This document shows, in pieces, positions 36,601 to 48,495 of a DNA stretch of 64,000 bases; the first letter of the stretch is position 1, and the number at the start of each line of letters is the position of its first letter. The position numbers and the translations under genes are program-made. A model generated the notes under the pieces. It was given only the letters and a program-made list of their open reading frames with translations. It did not search any database and was not told the origin of the DNA. The stretch spans positions 1-64,000 of the forward strand of contig OY253677.1 of the NCBI GenBank assembly GCA_958009085.1. The letters are read 5' to 3'. The DNA is from Protoeuglena noctilucae (lineage: Eukaryota).

Positions 36601-39471
36601 GATGTGCTGGCAGACACGGACGCGGCCGTGGCGCCCTCGCCTGGCAAGGGGGGGGAGAGGGAGAGGGAGAGGGGGAGGGACGCGTGTGGGGGACCGGAGG
36701 CAGTGCTGCTGCATTACCTGGAAGCAAGCGCCAGTGAGTGGGCGACTGGGTGATTATGACTGTGACTGTTACGACCGTGTCACTGCGGATGTCCATGCTC
36801 GTCAATCGACTATCACACCCGAACTGCCCCTGACATTCACGTCTTCCCTTCCCCCCCCACTCTCAGCCACGGTCATGGACGCCCTGATAGGCGCCGCCAA
36901 GCGTGAGCTTGACCGCCACGCCTCCCAGCCGGCCGCGTCGGTGGTGGGGCGCGTGAGGCGGCTGCTGGAGAGGCACGGGAAGGTGCTGGGGGGGACCGTG
37001 GCAGAGTCACTGGCGGAGTCGGCGGGGAGAATTGAACAGATACTGGTGAGGGAGCAGGGAGACATCCACTCCAACTGTGTGACTGCGCACTGCCTGTTAC
37101 ACCCCATCACCTACACAGTGCAGTGTCAACCATTCTCTCATCACCCGTACAGTAACGTAACCCCCCTCCCCCTCTCCCCCCCCCCCTCTCAGGAGGACCA
37201 GTCCTCCCCCCCTCCCCCCCCCCTTCCCCCCCTCCCCCGGGGGCGACTGGTTCGACCTGGTCAGGCGTGCGGCCCCCAAGCGCCGGTACTCAATCCAGGT
37301 GGGGGCGCTGGCCAGGGACAACTACAAGGACATGTCGCTGCAAGTGAGGGAGGGGTACGGATACAACTACCAGGACGTGAGGGGGGTGCGGCCCACGCTG
37401 CCGGCCAGGGGGGGTGCGGTAACGATGACGCCGGAGAGGGGGAGCGAGGGGTCACCCGCGACACCTGTCAGCAGGCAGTCGCCATCCACGCCTGCTGTGG
37501 GTGGGAGAGAGGGTGGGGAGGGACGCGGGGGTGCGGAGGGGGGGGGGCGTGCGGGGGGCAACGAGGGTGGTGTTGAGGGTGGCAGTGCGGGTGGTAATAA
37601 GGTTAACAGCGAGGATCACTGTGGGGTTAACAGTCCGGGTGTCTCTGCCGTCGCTTCGTCTGCCCCCGCTTCCCCCCCCTCCCCCCGTGGCAGTGAGGCG
37701 TCGTCGGGGGGAGGGGAGGGGGGACCCGGGAGCAGTGGCCGGGAGACGAGCACGTATGAGACGGCAGTGGGGGCGGGTGGGAAAGCAGAGGAGGGGGTAA
37801 CTGATGCAGTTGCTGGTGATGACGCTAAGGGAGATGAGGGGGCAGCTGGGGCAGTGGCTGCTGCTGATGCCGCAGCATTGGATGCCCCAGACGATGACTG
37901 CCCTGGCCAGTCCCCGCGGGGGGCGGTGTCTGCCAGGGGCCGCCTGAACCCCGCCAGTGGCCCCTTCGTGCCCGCCTCGTCCACTGCCACGCCTGACCCC
38001 CGCCCTTCCGTTGCCGTGGTGGAGGTGCCCGTGGCTGCGGGTGCCGCGTGCCCCGTCTGCGGGGAGCGGTGCGGGGGTAGGAGGGGGGGCACTGGGGGCG
38101 GGCGCGAGTCTCGCGCTGCGTTGGCGTCCCACATGGTGGAGAGGCACGGGGCGGCTGCCAAGCGTCAGATTGGGGCGGTGCTGCAGGAGTTCATCAGCCA
38201 CTTCGTGATGCTGTCGAGGGCAGCCAGGGAGGAGGGGGGGGAGGGGGGGGGGGACGCCCGCCAGGTGGGTGGAGATGAGGGTGGGCATGCGGCTGAGAGT
38301 GGGTGATATAAGGGTAACGATGGTGAATGAGTGAGCGATGATCGATTCAGTAGCTGCTTCACTCGCAGGCTGTCGTCGAGCACGGCTGGGGCAGATGCGG
38401 TGGCAGGGGTGGACCTGCCGAGCGTGGGGGAGGCGGCGAGTGCGGACACGCAGGGGGGGGAGGCGCGGAGGCCCACGGGTGAGGGTGACATGATGAGAGA
38501 CAATGTGAGAATGAACATGGGGTGCTTGTGTGTATATATACATGTGCACATGTGTCGCAACAGCCTCGTTTGACACGAGAGACATGAGCATGGGTAGAGT
38601 GAACATGGGGTGTTTGTGTGTATATATGCATATCCACTGATAGCAACCTCGTCCGTTGCCCCCACAGCTGCCCCGTATGGCCGCACCCCCGCCTTGGACG
38701 ACGCGGTGGTGGCATTGATGGAGAGGCTCAAGTACTTCCAGAACAGGAAATACGAACAGAACCCACAGAAGGCAGCCAGGGTGAGGGAGAGATGGGGGAG
38801 TGGGGGTGGGGGTGGCATGGGTCGATCGATCAATCGCATGTGTCGATCTAAGCACTGCACTTGTATACACCACACATGTGTCCCCTGCCTGTCGTCAACT
38901 GCAGAAGAAGCGTTTCGTGGTGGGTCTGAAGGAGGCCCTCAAGGCCGCCCGGTCCCGCAAGGTCTCCCTGGTGGTGCTGGCCAACAACGTGGATGCGGCC
39001 GCGGGGGCAGCGGGCTTTGATGAGCAGGTCAAGGATCTGCTGAGCATGGCGGAGGAGAGGGGGTTCACGGTCGTGTATGCCCTGGGTGAGTGATGAGTGA
39101 TGGGGATGTCAGAGGGGGTGGGATGGTCGTGGATGCGCTGGGTGAGTGTTCGCGTGGCAGCATGAGCAGGAGTGGCTGTCCACCACATTCCTTGCCCTCC
39201 TCATCCCATCTCTGTCTCTTTCACTGACATACCATCGCCTCTCCCATATCTCCCCCCAGGTCTCAAGCGCCTGGGCCGCCTGATGCAGTTCCGCCCCTCT
39301 CGTTCCAAGGCCCCCCCCCGCACCACCGCCGTGGCAGTGCTGGACGCGGGGGGTGCAGAGGACCTGCTGAGGGCGGTGGTGGAGGGGCACAAGGTGGCGG
39401 CGAGGGCGGGGGAGGTGGGGGGGGCGACGGGGGCGGGGGATGAGGGAGGGACAACAACGATGGATGAGTAG
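33689..39471 (+). CDS. SECISBP2: SECIS-binding protein 2 (SBP2)-like, with two C2H2-like zinc fingers and a C-terminal L7Ae domain; multi-exon, start inferred
   Basis: LMERLKYFQNRKYEQNPQKAAR|KKRFVVGLKEALK...VVLANNVD...GFDEQVKDLLSMAEERGFTVVYALG|LKRLGR matches the SBP2 RFQDR...KRRLVLGLRE L7Ae signature. CLACGRPFASRSALTQ|HLAALH at ~35390-35565. PRPTRVKRGIL K-rich-like motif at ~36200. Confidence 0.85.
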
Positions 39472-40657
39472 ATGCGGACAGACATCCCCGGGCTGTGCCT
39501 GCGACACGGCACACGCTCTCGCAGACCTGAGGGTCGTGGGGTCACGCGTCCATGCCACACTTGCACTGTGGCATGCGCACTAGACACACAGACACATAGC
39601 CATCACAGGCGTGGGTCTTAGAGACGCTCGTGGGGGTGGGACATGCATCCACATGCAACCCATCCGCACGAGGGCATGGCAATGCGATGCATGGCTGTCT
39701 GTGCATTACATGCGAGGCGACTGTGTCAGTTGCCCATAGATGGCAGGGATAACTCAGCGACTGTGCGGGGGGGGCTGGGCAATTGCGGCCTCTAGCTCTG
39801 CGCCCAGCCATGGAGCCGTGGCAGTGGGGGTGGGCGAGGGGGTTGCGGGATAATATAGCAGTGATGCGCTTGCTTGTGTGTGTGCCTGTGTCAATATTGC
39901 TGCACTGTATCGAGTGCCACTCTAGTGTGTGGCCAAGTTCCTGGCAGCGCGGCCTTTTCAAACGCAAAACGTAAGCGCGGCAGTCGATAGCTATGCTACC
40001 GTCCGCGCCACGCCTCAACCACCAAGCCTCCCGCGGGAAGTCAGGGTAGGGGGTGGGATGGGGGGTGTCCGGCTGTCGGGGCGGGCTCCCCCAGGGCCGG
40101 GGGATGCGGGCGTGAGCCGAGATGCAGTTGCAGGCAGCGCAAGTGACCAAGGAGCTGCGGAGGCTCCTTCGGAGATCGAGAACCCGGAGCGGCTGAATTT
40201 CCGGCTGGTGGACGTGAGGGCGCGCATGCGCCACCGCACGCCCGTTCGCATCAGTCACGCTGAGGCGTCGACCTCTTCAGGGGCAAGACGGCGCACGACG
40301 GTCTTTGCTCAGCGATCACGTGCTCATCCCCCAGCAGTGTCCCCTGGTGGCAGGCGAGGGGTCCGGGGATGCGTGGCAACGCTGCTTGGCCTCGCGTGGC
40401 AGCCGCGTATACATTTGGACATAGCCGGTGAGCCGGACGGCACGGACATGACCTGGTACTCTTGCAGTGGCTCAGGCAGGAGTCAAGGGTGCGGGACCGT
40501 GGCCAGCGTCGCTGTCGCTGTGCGGTGCGTCGGGTGGGCTGGCCAAGTCCAGGCGTGGCAGAGACTTGGGGTGAGAGGTGCTGTCATGTTGCTGCGCTCC
40601 AGCCACGACTTTTACTGGGTTGCTGCTCGCGGAAAGACCGTCACAGCAGAGCGCAGA

Positions 40658-42155
40658 TCAGGGCGGTGGGGATGCATGCAGGTCTGGCAGGTGCAGGTCA
40701 GATGTTGGGACGGCGAGGGCGAGACCGAGGGCCAGAACCAGGGCGAGGGCGGGAGTGGGCAGGCGGGGGCCCAGCCTGGCAGAGGTGCCTGAGGTGGGGC
40801 CTGCAGCGTTTTTCCCACAGCCATGCCCCTTCCCAAGAGAGCACCCAGCCATGTCCCGTCACCCGCCTCACCATCTCTTGCGCTCAGGAGTGCTTGAATG
40901 CATGCTCACGCGACGGCTGGACCACCCATTATCTGGCCGTGGCCCATGACTCCGCTGACAGTAGCACATCTAGCTGTCACCACTCGCGTCAACACACACG
41001 CATGCTGACACCCGCCTCGCCCCTCTCTCGGAGTCATTTGCGGCCCGCAGCAAGTCGGCCACGCTCGTCCGGTCCCCCGGCCGCTCCCTCAGCGCCCCCT
41101 GCAGCGCCGATTGCAGCGGCTCCGGCACCGACCTCGGCACCGCGGGAAAGCGCTTGAGTTCCAGCACGTCCCTCATGACCTCGCTCTTCTGCTTGTCACC
41201 GTGCGGAGGCCGCCCCGACGCCGCACAGCACAGCGTTGCCGCCACCGTGTATGCATCCGAGGCAGCCGTGACTGGCCCAAGGCTCGGGTCCCACCACTCC
41301 GGCGGCATGAAGTGCGCGGTGGCCTCTCGCGACGCCACCGATAGTGGAGGGCGGGGTTGGGGCGCTTGAGCACCCTTTCTCGGTGCCACAAGTGCGGTTG
41401 CCACACCCCGAATGCAGGATGTGACGGAGCACAGCGGCCGACCACCCGCCTTCCCCCTCACTGGCACGCCCATCGCGTCCTCGACCACAGACACCAGCCC
41501 GTAGTCCACCAGCAGCACGTCGTTCTCCTCACCAACCAGCACGTTGCGTGGCGTGACCTTTCCATGCACGATCCCACGGCTGTGCAGGTCCTGGAGCCCC
41601 TCCAACAGCTGCACTGCCAGGTCTACCACCTCATCCGCTTGCAGCCCCGCCCCCCGCTCCGCGATGCGCTGGGCCAGGGACCCCCCCTCGTGCAGCGGCA
41701 TGACCACGTGGAGGTGGGCGTCCCGGACCATGAAGCCCAGCAACCTGCGTCCGAGCGAGACGGACACGGAAGCTGACCGACGCAGCGGCGCACATACTGG
41801 ACGCTTCGGAGACGACGTGCACAGCGCTGGATAGCGTGAACCACCCCCCTCACGTGCAGACATGGCGGCATCCGACGCACGCCGTCGCCATCCGGCACAG
41901 CTTTCTCATGCCGCGTGCTTGGATCTTCCATGCCGCCTTTGGAGTGGCGCTGCCGAGGTCCGCGGCCAGTCGCAGGACGGCCACATCACAGTTTCGGGAC
42001 AGCCACCTCCCCCGCAACACCCCGCCGCCGTCAATTGGCCCGAACAGCTGCACATCTGCTTCGAAGATGACCATGTCTGCCGGCAAGCGCGCACCGGCAC
42101 CCGGTACGCCGCCCGCGCCCGCCATGGCTGCGGGAAGGGGTGTCGCATATCGCAT
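40658..42155 (-). CDS. Protein kinase-fold protein, predicted pseudokinase (TKL-like); termini approximate
   Basis: GGGVLRGRW...DVAVLRL; LLGF...HVVMPLHEGGSL; LLEGLQDLHSRGIVHGKVTPRNVLV; LVDYGL; TAHFMPPEWW; SDAYTVAATL. VAIK Lys and HRD Asp are replaced. Confidence 0.85.
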
Positions 42156-44921
42156 CACGTCGCGGGGCTTTGCGCTGGGCCGCCCGCAGCACGATGCAGG
42201 GCCGCGGTCGGTACATCGCGCATGCATGCAAGATGGGTTGCCTAGAGCCGGCTCTCGCGACGCCTCGCGCCTCGGGGCGCGCCGGGGTGCTGGTGCGAGC
42301 TGACCCGGCCTGCTCGGCGCTCCGGTGGCCCATTGCGGGGTCAAACCGACGCTCTCGCACACGCATTAGATTATATGGACCTCGGAATCCATGCAGGCCA
42401 GCATAGCATGGCACAGCGCTACCAGGGACGGGTCATGTCGCCATGTGCTGCGCCCACGGCGCGCGCAGCGGTGGCCCGGACGAGCGCCTCGGCAGTCCCA
42501 CATCGCATGCATGGTCTCTGACAGGAGCGCTGCGGCTGACCTGGTGCCGAGGCTGGCACGCCACGCTGCCGAGCACGAGAGGCAGACGGTCACCTGCCCA
42601 CAGCCGCGCGCCGCGACACGTCCACCCGCGCTTCCTGTCCTGCTCGCTACAGCTGGATGACCGAGTCTCTGCTCGAGGCTGCCGGCCGCGCACTTGAAGG
42701 GACAGGCAGGGGTGCCCTGACAGACGAGTGTCTGATGCCGTGGCGAGGGGCTCCTTTGACGCGGCATACCCTGGCCCAGCTTCACATGTGACGTCTCGCC
42801 TCGCTTGGAGGTCGCTGCAATCACCTACTCGTGCTCGTCCTCCAACACGTCCGTGCTCGGCAGCGTGTCGTCGGTCCAGGTCAACAGCACGTCGGCCGTC
42901 TCGGTGGGCCTGCCCCAGAGCATGTGCGCGCCCACGGCCGCCGCAGGTGGCGTGACAGGCAAGTGTATGGGCGTGTCCCCGCGCCTCTCCGGGCGGCGCA
43001 ATACTTGTTTGGGACCATAATTACACTCGCATTTTTGTGGCTTTGCGCTGACGGATGCGCGTGCTTCACTACCTCGTCCTGCGTTCTGCATCGGCAATAT
43101 CGACATCAGACCGCCGAGGTGGCTCCCAGGGTCGGTGCAAGATGGCCACCATGAGCGCCTCGGGCTGTCGATATATGGGCTTGCCTGCGCGTGCAACGGA
43201 GTCCTTACGGGAGGCATATTGCATAAATGTCGCCCATAATTTCCGAAAAGCCCCAGATGATGCCGTGTTTGGCGGCAAAGGCACCGCAAGTCTGAACGCT
43301 TTTCGCGTCGTCCCGGCGCCCTCTGTACCGTATCGCGCACTGTGGAGGCTAGCTACGAATAACAACGACTTCAACATGCTACTCCGCGCCGCCCCCGGAT
43401 CTTCTGGAAGCAGCGCGGGCACTTTGAAATCCACGCATTGCACGCCTACCCCAAGTTGCTCCTGACGATGTATTACTATCCACACTTCTTCCCAATGTGT
43501 TGATTTAGTGCAAAATAGCATTCAACCACCATCAGTGTGTCCATCGCCGTCCCCTCGAGGCCGTAATTGGCCCCTGAAAGCAGGAGCTGCAGGCGTGTTC
43601 CCGCGCCTCTATGGACGATGCGATGCTTGATGGAGACCGTCATTGCACTCTCACCTGACCCTTCGCCACACCACGTCAGCAACGAGGCCGCACATCAAGC
43701 ATCGAGACGCATAGAGGGCGCGCAGTGCGGGCAAAATGCGCGCCACACAATGGCATCGGAATCTCAGGGACTTGCTCGCGCTCGAATCTTTGTTGACGTC
43801 TCAAAGCATCGCGCTGGGCCATCGCTCGGATAGTCCCCCGGGCAGCGCTGCCCGGCACCCACACGTGGCCGTCCTTGCCGCACCCCGCCGCGCCAGCCAT
43901 TCCATCGGAGTGGCATCTTGCCCCAGCCAGCGCACGCGCAGACAACCAGACCATCTCGTCCGCACACTTCGCGCCGCTTCCGCAGCCCCAGAAAACCGCG
44001 GGGTCGCTTCGATCCACTCGCCATGCACGTTCGCGCCCTCCGCCGTCGTCACAGCGCCCCGATGATCTCCATCACCGACTCTCTGCTTCAATGCGATTAT
44101 TAACCACGCGTATGAAACGCCGTGGTCCCCGATACGGCCTCCTTGACGCTCCGCGTCGCGCGCACGCATTCGCCCACCGACCCGACCCCGGCGCGCCGGC
44201 GGCTCCGGCCCGTCCGATGCGCCCTGCGACACCGGAGACGGTCTCCCTGTCCATCGCGACCGTCGTCGCGGCCGCAGGACGCCGTCGCTGCCGCGACTGG
44301 CACTGCCCACGCCGCCAGCCGCGCCGCAGCCCGGGTTCCGCCCGAACACGGCGGACGCCCAATGTCGGACAGCGGGTTCCAGCCCAAAACCCGCCCTGGA
44401 ACCCGTCGGGGGACCGGAACCCGCCCTAAGTCCTCCCAGTGTGGCCAACCTGAGCGCCTTGTGGCGCCAGACGTGGGTTTCCTTCCGAAGGGTCTTTAGG
44501 TCCTACCTACCTACCCATCTCCATCCTTTTGAATCCTCATTACCAAAAAAACCGGATTATAAGCGAAGGAGCTCCGATCCCGGAGGAGCGGAGGAACGGC
44601 AAGGTGAGGCTCCTCGTAACGGAGGTCGGACGCAAACCGGACGCAGCGCCTACGCGAAACCGACTGCATTGGCCCACGATCCTCTTTCACCACCTCGCAA
44701 GGTGCTCCCTGTCGTTTGAGGAGCTGCCCGGGCGCGGCCACGTGATACTTCTGCGCGTCTGACCTCCTCGGCCTGCTCTCGCCGTGCCGAGCGGCCGGGA
44801 GCTGCCTTGCCACGCCCGCAGGCGTAGGATCCGCGTGCACCGGCTTTGGGACGCGCAGACGCCGGCGCCCGGAGCACCCGGAGCATCGACGGACTCACAA
44901 GCCTACGCTGACCTTCCTGCC

Positions 44922-46058
44922 ATGGTCGGGATCGGGCCTGACGGCGCCGTCGCCCCTGACGTGCAATCAAACCTGTTCGTCGCCAATTTACCCAGGGAGT
45001 GGGGCGAGTCGCACCTGCTGGCCCTGTTTGGGTGAGCTCCGGGCACCAGTGCGCATTGACACGTGCGATGGTGCGCCTTTCCGACCGCAAAGGCGAGCAA
45101 TGTCTGTTCACAGATGCTACGGCATTTTCAATTCATGCTTCGTCGCGAGGTGCCGTCGGACGGAGCGGTCCCGCTGCTACGGCTTCGTGAAGTTTGCAAC
45201 GGTCGCGGAGGCGCGCGTGGCCCAGCAGAGCCTGTCCGGGTGAGGGGATCTCACGTTCATCTGGACATGCGTGGGCCCAGCCCTGCGCACATCTGAGCCC
45301 CACGCCGCCCGTCCCCGCGCACCCAGATCCCCCTTGGACGGCCGGGCCTTCGTCGTCGAGTTTAGCCATAGCAGCCCTGAGGGTGGGGTGCCGGACCTGT
45401 CCTCGCCCGCCCAGCACGACAACGTATACATCAAGGGCCTCCCGAGCCACTGGGGCATCCAGGACATTGCGCGCCTCTTCGCCAGTGGCCGCGTCGTCTC
45501 CTGCCGCGTCCTGGAGGCACACGCTGCCGGCCTGCCCGTGGCCGCGCTGGTCTAGATGGGCTCGGTGCCTGAGGCGGCACATGCCATCGCAACCCTGCAC
45601 AACCGCGTCCTGCCCGGCGGCCAGCGACCCCTGAGCGTCCGCTTCGCCAAAACGGGCAGGAAGGAATCGGACCGGGCCTGCACGCCCGGCCAGGTGCACG
45701 TGCCACATCCGACGACTTCAGTCTTATCGAGCCCCCTGGGATATCGTTTCACGGAGCCAGGCCCCCCCACTTGCCCTCAGGCCGCTTTGTGGGCCCCCCA
45801 GACAACTCTGCCAGTGAGTGGACACTGGTCGCGCGGTCGGTGTACCTGCCTGCGCCCTGCCCTCGTGACCCAGGGTCCGCTCGCGAGCCCCCGCAGGCCG
45901 CTCACCCCGCCTCGCACGCTGGTGTCGACATCAACCTCCTGGCCGCTTACATCGCCCTCCTCATGCAGGGCGGGCTCACTTGGCCCAACAGCTCCGCCAC
46001 CTCACCGTGCAGCAGCATTCCCTCATTCCCAGGAACTTCCTCCTCCTCATCCGGGTAG
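44922..46058 (+). pseudogene. Two-RRM RNA-binding protein (ELAV/CELF-like) with an in-frame TAG in RRM2; 3' end uncertain
   Basis: SNLFVANLPREW...SRCYGFVKFATVAEA...; DNVYIKGLP...AALV*(TAG 45553-45555)MGSVPEAAHAIATLHNRVLPGGQRPLSVRFAK. Canonical introns at 45033-45114 and 45240-45327. Confidence 0.8.
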
Positions 46059-46582
46059 TGCCCACCCCATGCTATGGCAGTTGATTCCACCTTGTATTGC
46101 CCCACGGGGATCTCTGGGATCACACGCCGGCCCTTCCAGCTCGCATCTTTGGCGCACTTGGCGGTCGTTTTCCCTTGCACCCTCGCGCTCTCACCGCGGG
46201 AAGACCGGAGGGCGTAGTCTTAAGGTCCTTATCTCGAGCAGGGCTCCACACATCCTCCGGGCGCTGCCTGCTCGCTGCCTGTTGCCTCCCATCGTCTCAG
46301 TCGCGCCCCATCCCCATCCCCCGTCACTCTTTCACCAACTGTTGCATGCACCCCTGCCCTGCAGCTTTCTTAGCGCCTCGCGCCCCTACTACGCGCTCGC
46401 TTGTCTTACCGTACAAGCAGAGCCGCAGCGTGATGTGGGCATTTGCTGCCTGCTTCGTGTTCTCAATAGACTTTTGATTTGCTGATCTTGCTTTTTAATG
46501 CTCGCCGGCGATCATTTCAAGCCAGAGCCAACTCATCGGCCTTTTGGCAGAATGCAAGAAAGCAGCCGTGGAGCTCGACGAC

Positions 46583-46886
46583 GGCCAAAGCTCTGTCCAG
46601 CCATGTCACACGCTGCTGCAGCCCTACCCGCACCCGCCTTGGTTGGTGCGGTGGAGGGTGCGCAGGGGCAAAACTTCCGCGCTCACAGCCTGGGGAATGC
46701 GCATGCCCGGTGCCGCATGCCCGGTGCCCAACACGCGTGCACGGCCGCCTGGGTCACCCTTCGCCCCAGCGCTGCAAATGGGGAAGGCAGGGTCTGAAAC
46801 TGCTCCAGACATCCCGCTCAGCCGCACCCCAGCTACACCATAAGCCCAGACAAAGGGCCAAAGCTCTGTCCAGCCATGTCACACGC
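46583..46886. repeat. 31-bp exact direct repeat GGCCAAAGCTCTGTCCAGCCATGTCACACGC (46583-46613 and 46856-46886)
   Basis: Read directly from the sequence. Confidence 0.95.
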
Positions 46887-48495
46887 CGCTTTGCCCAAAA
46901 CATCAGCCACATTGCCACGTACCGCTGCAAATGCCGCCGCACATGCCACCTGTGCCGCACGACCCGGCATGACAAGCCAGCACGCCAACTCACCCTCACG
47001 TGCTCTGCGGCACAGCCGCCGTCCCCAGCGAGGTAAGACGGCCTGGTCGCGGCTGCGCTGGGCCCGCAGCTCCTCCACCCTGCGCATCACCAGCCCGTGC
47101 TCCCCGCCCGTGTTGACCAAATCCGTGCCGCGGTCAGCCATGCGCAGCACAACCTGGGACCTGTCTGTGATGCTGTCCGTTGCAACAGTGTAAATGGGCG
47201 TCCTGCCCTCCCAGTCGCGCGTCCCCAGCTCTGCCCCAGCATCCACCAGCAGGTCCACACACGTGGCGTGCCTGACGCAGTGCAGGGGCGTTATGCCCCA
47301 ATGGTCGACAGCGTGGACCGCTGCGCCCGCTTCCAGTAGCAGCTGCGTGATCTCCGCAGCGTGATGCCCTTGAGAGGAGCCCACCGCAAAATGGAGAGGC
47401 GTCTTGCCCACCTCATCCCGCGCCTCTAGGTCTGCCCTGGCCTCTACCAGCATGTCCACGCACGCGGCGTGTCGCGCGCAATGCAGGAGCGTCCTGCAGT
47501 CCTCATCGAGGACGTTGGCGTCCGCCCCAGCCCCCCAGATCTTGCGCGGGCAGGAAGCACACCGACCAGTGGAGAGGGGCAAAGCCCCACCGGTTCCAGC
47601 AGTCCAGATCCGCACCAAGCTCAATCAGAGCGCGGACAGCATCCACGCGGCCGTGCTTGCAGGCGGAGAAGAGAGGCGACTCGTTGACCTCCCCTCTCTT
47701 GCCTTGGACGCTCACCCCGCGTGCCGCCAGCCACCGCATCGCCTCTCCGTTCGCCGCCTCGTGCATCGCGGTGCGCCCACTCCAGCTGTGCGCCATGACA
47801 TCAGCCCCCAGCACCACTAGAGCTTTCATGATGTCGACACCGCCACGACGCGGCAACGTGAAGGGCTGGCTGGACTTTCGCCCCCGCCTCCGCCAGCCGC
47901 CTCACGATGCCCGGCGTCGGATGTCCATCGCACACCGCTGCCAACGTCTGATCCTGGCCATCCTCCCCGACCTTGGCCGACGCCCCCGCCTCCAGCAGCG
48001 CCTCCACCACCGCCTTGTGACCCCCGCGTGCGGCATGCACCAGGGCCGTCCACTAACCCACATCATCGTTGCCTCCCTCCGCATCCACCTCTGCCCCCGC
48101 TGCCAGGCACGCCTTCACCGCCTCCAGGCAGCCCCGCCCCGCGCAGTACGTCATCAGCGGCCATGCTCCACGCAGCCGCTGGTTGATGTCCGGCGCCTCC
48201 GCCACGAGCAGGGCCAGCCACCACAGCCCCAGGCTCGCCAGGTGGTGTGCATGGGACCCGCCAAAGACGCTCACGGCCAGCGGGCTGAAATAGAGCTCGT
48301 GATCGTGCATGCAAAGCATGTAGTCGATGATGCCCTCCCTCCCATCCTCCTCCGTGGCCCGGATGCCCCATGCCCTCCACACCTCGTCCACCTCGTCGCG
48401 CTTCTCCCACGACACCGCACGCGCCGCCGTCGCGTCGCGCAGGGGCACCAGCCGCAGGATCTCGCGATGCAGCTCCCCGGGAAGGTCACACCACC
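46833..48495 (-). pseudogene. F-box plus ankyrin-repeat protein, disrupted; ends approximate
   Basis: F-box WCDLPGELHREILRLVPLRDATAARAVSWEKRD. Ankyrin repeats WTALVHAARGGHKAVVEALLEAGA, SPLFSACKHGRVDAVRALIELGAD, GKTPLHFAV, GITPLH. In-frame TAG at 48053-48055; frameshifts at ~47850 and ~47540. Confidence 0.85.

Noticed and set aside
45553..48055. TAG/TAA reassigned to Gln, suggested by in-frame TAGs in the RRM and ankyrin genes and TAA at 24695
   Set aside because: No in-frame TAR was seen in the conserved genes. The LRR gene ends with TAG just after its expected C-terminal motif, and symplekin and SBP2 also end with TAG. The ankyrin and USP genes have other lesions.
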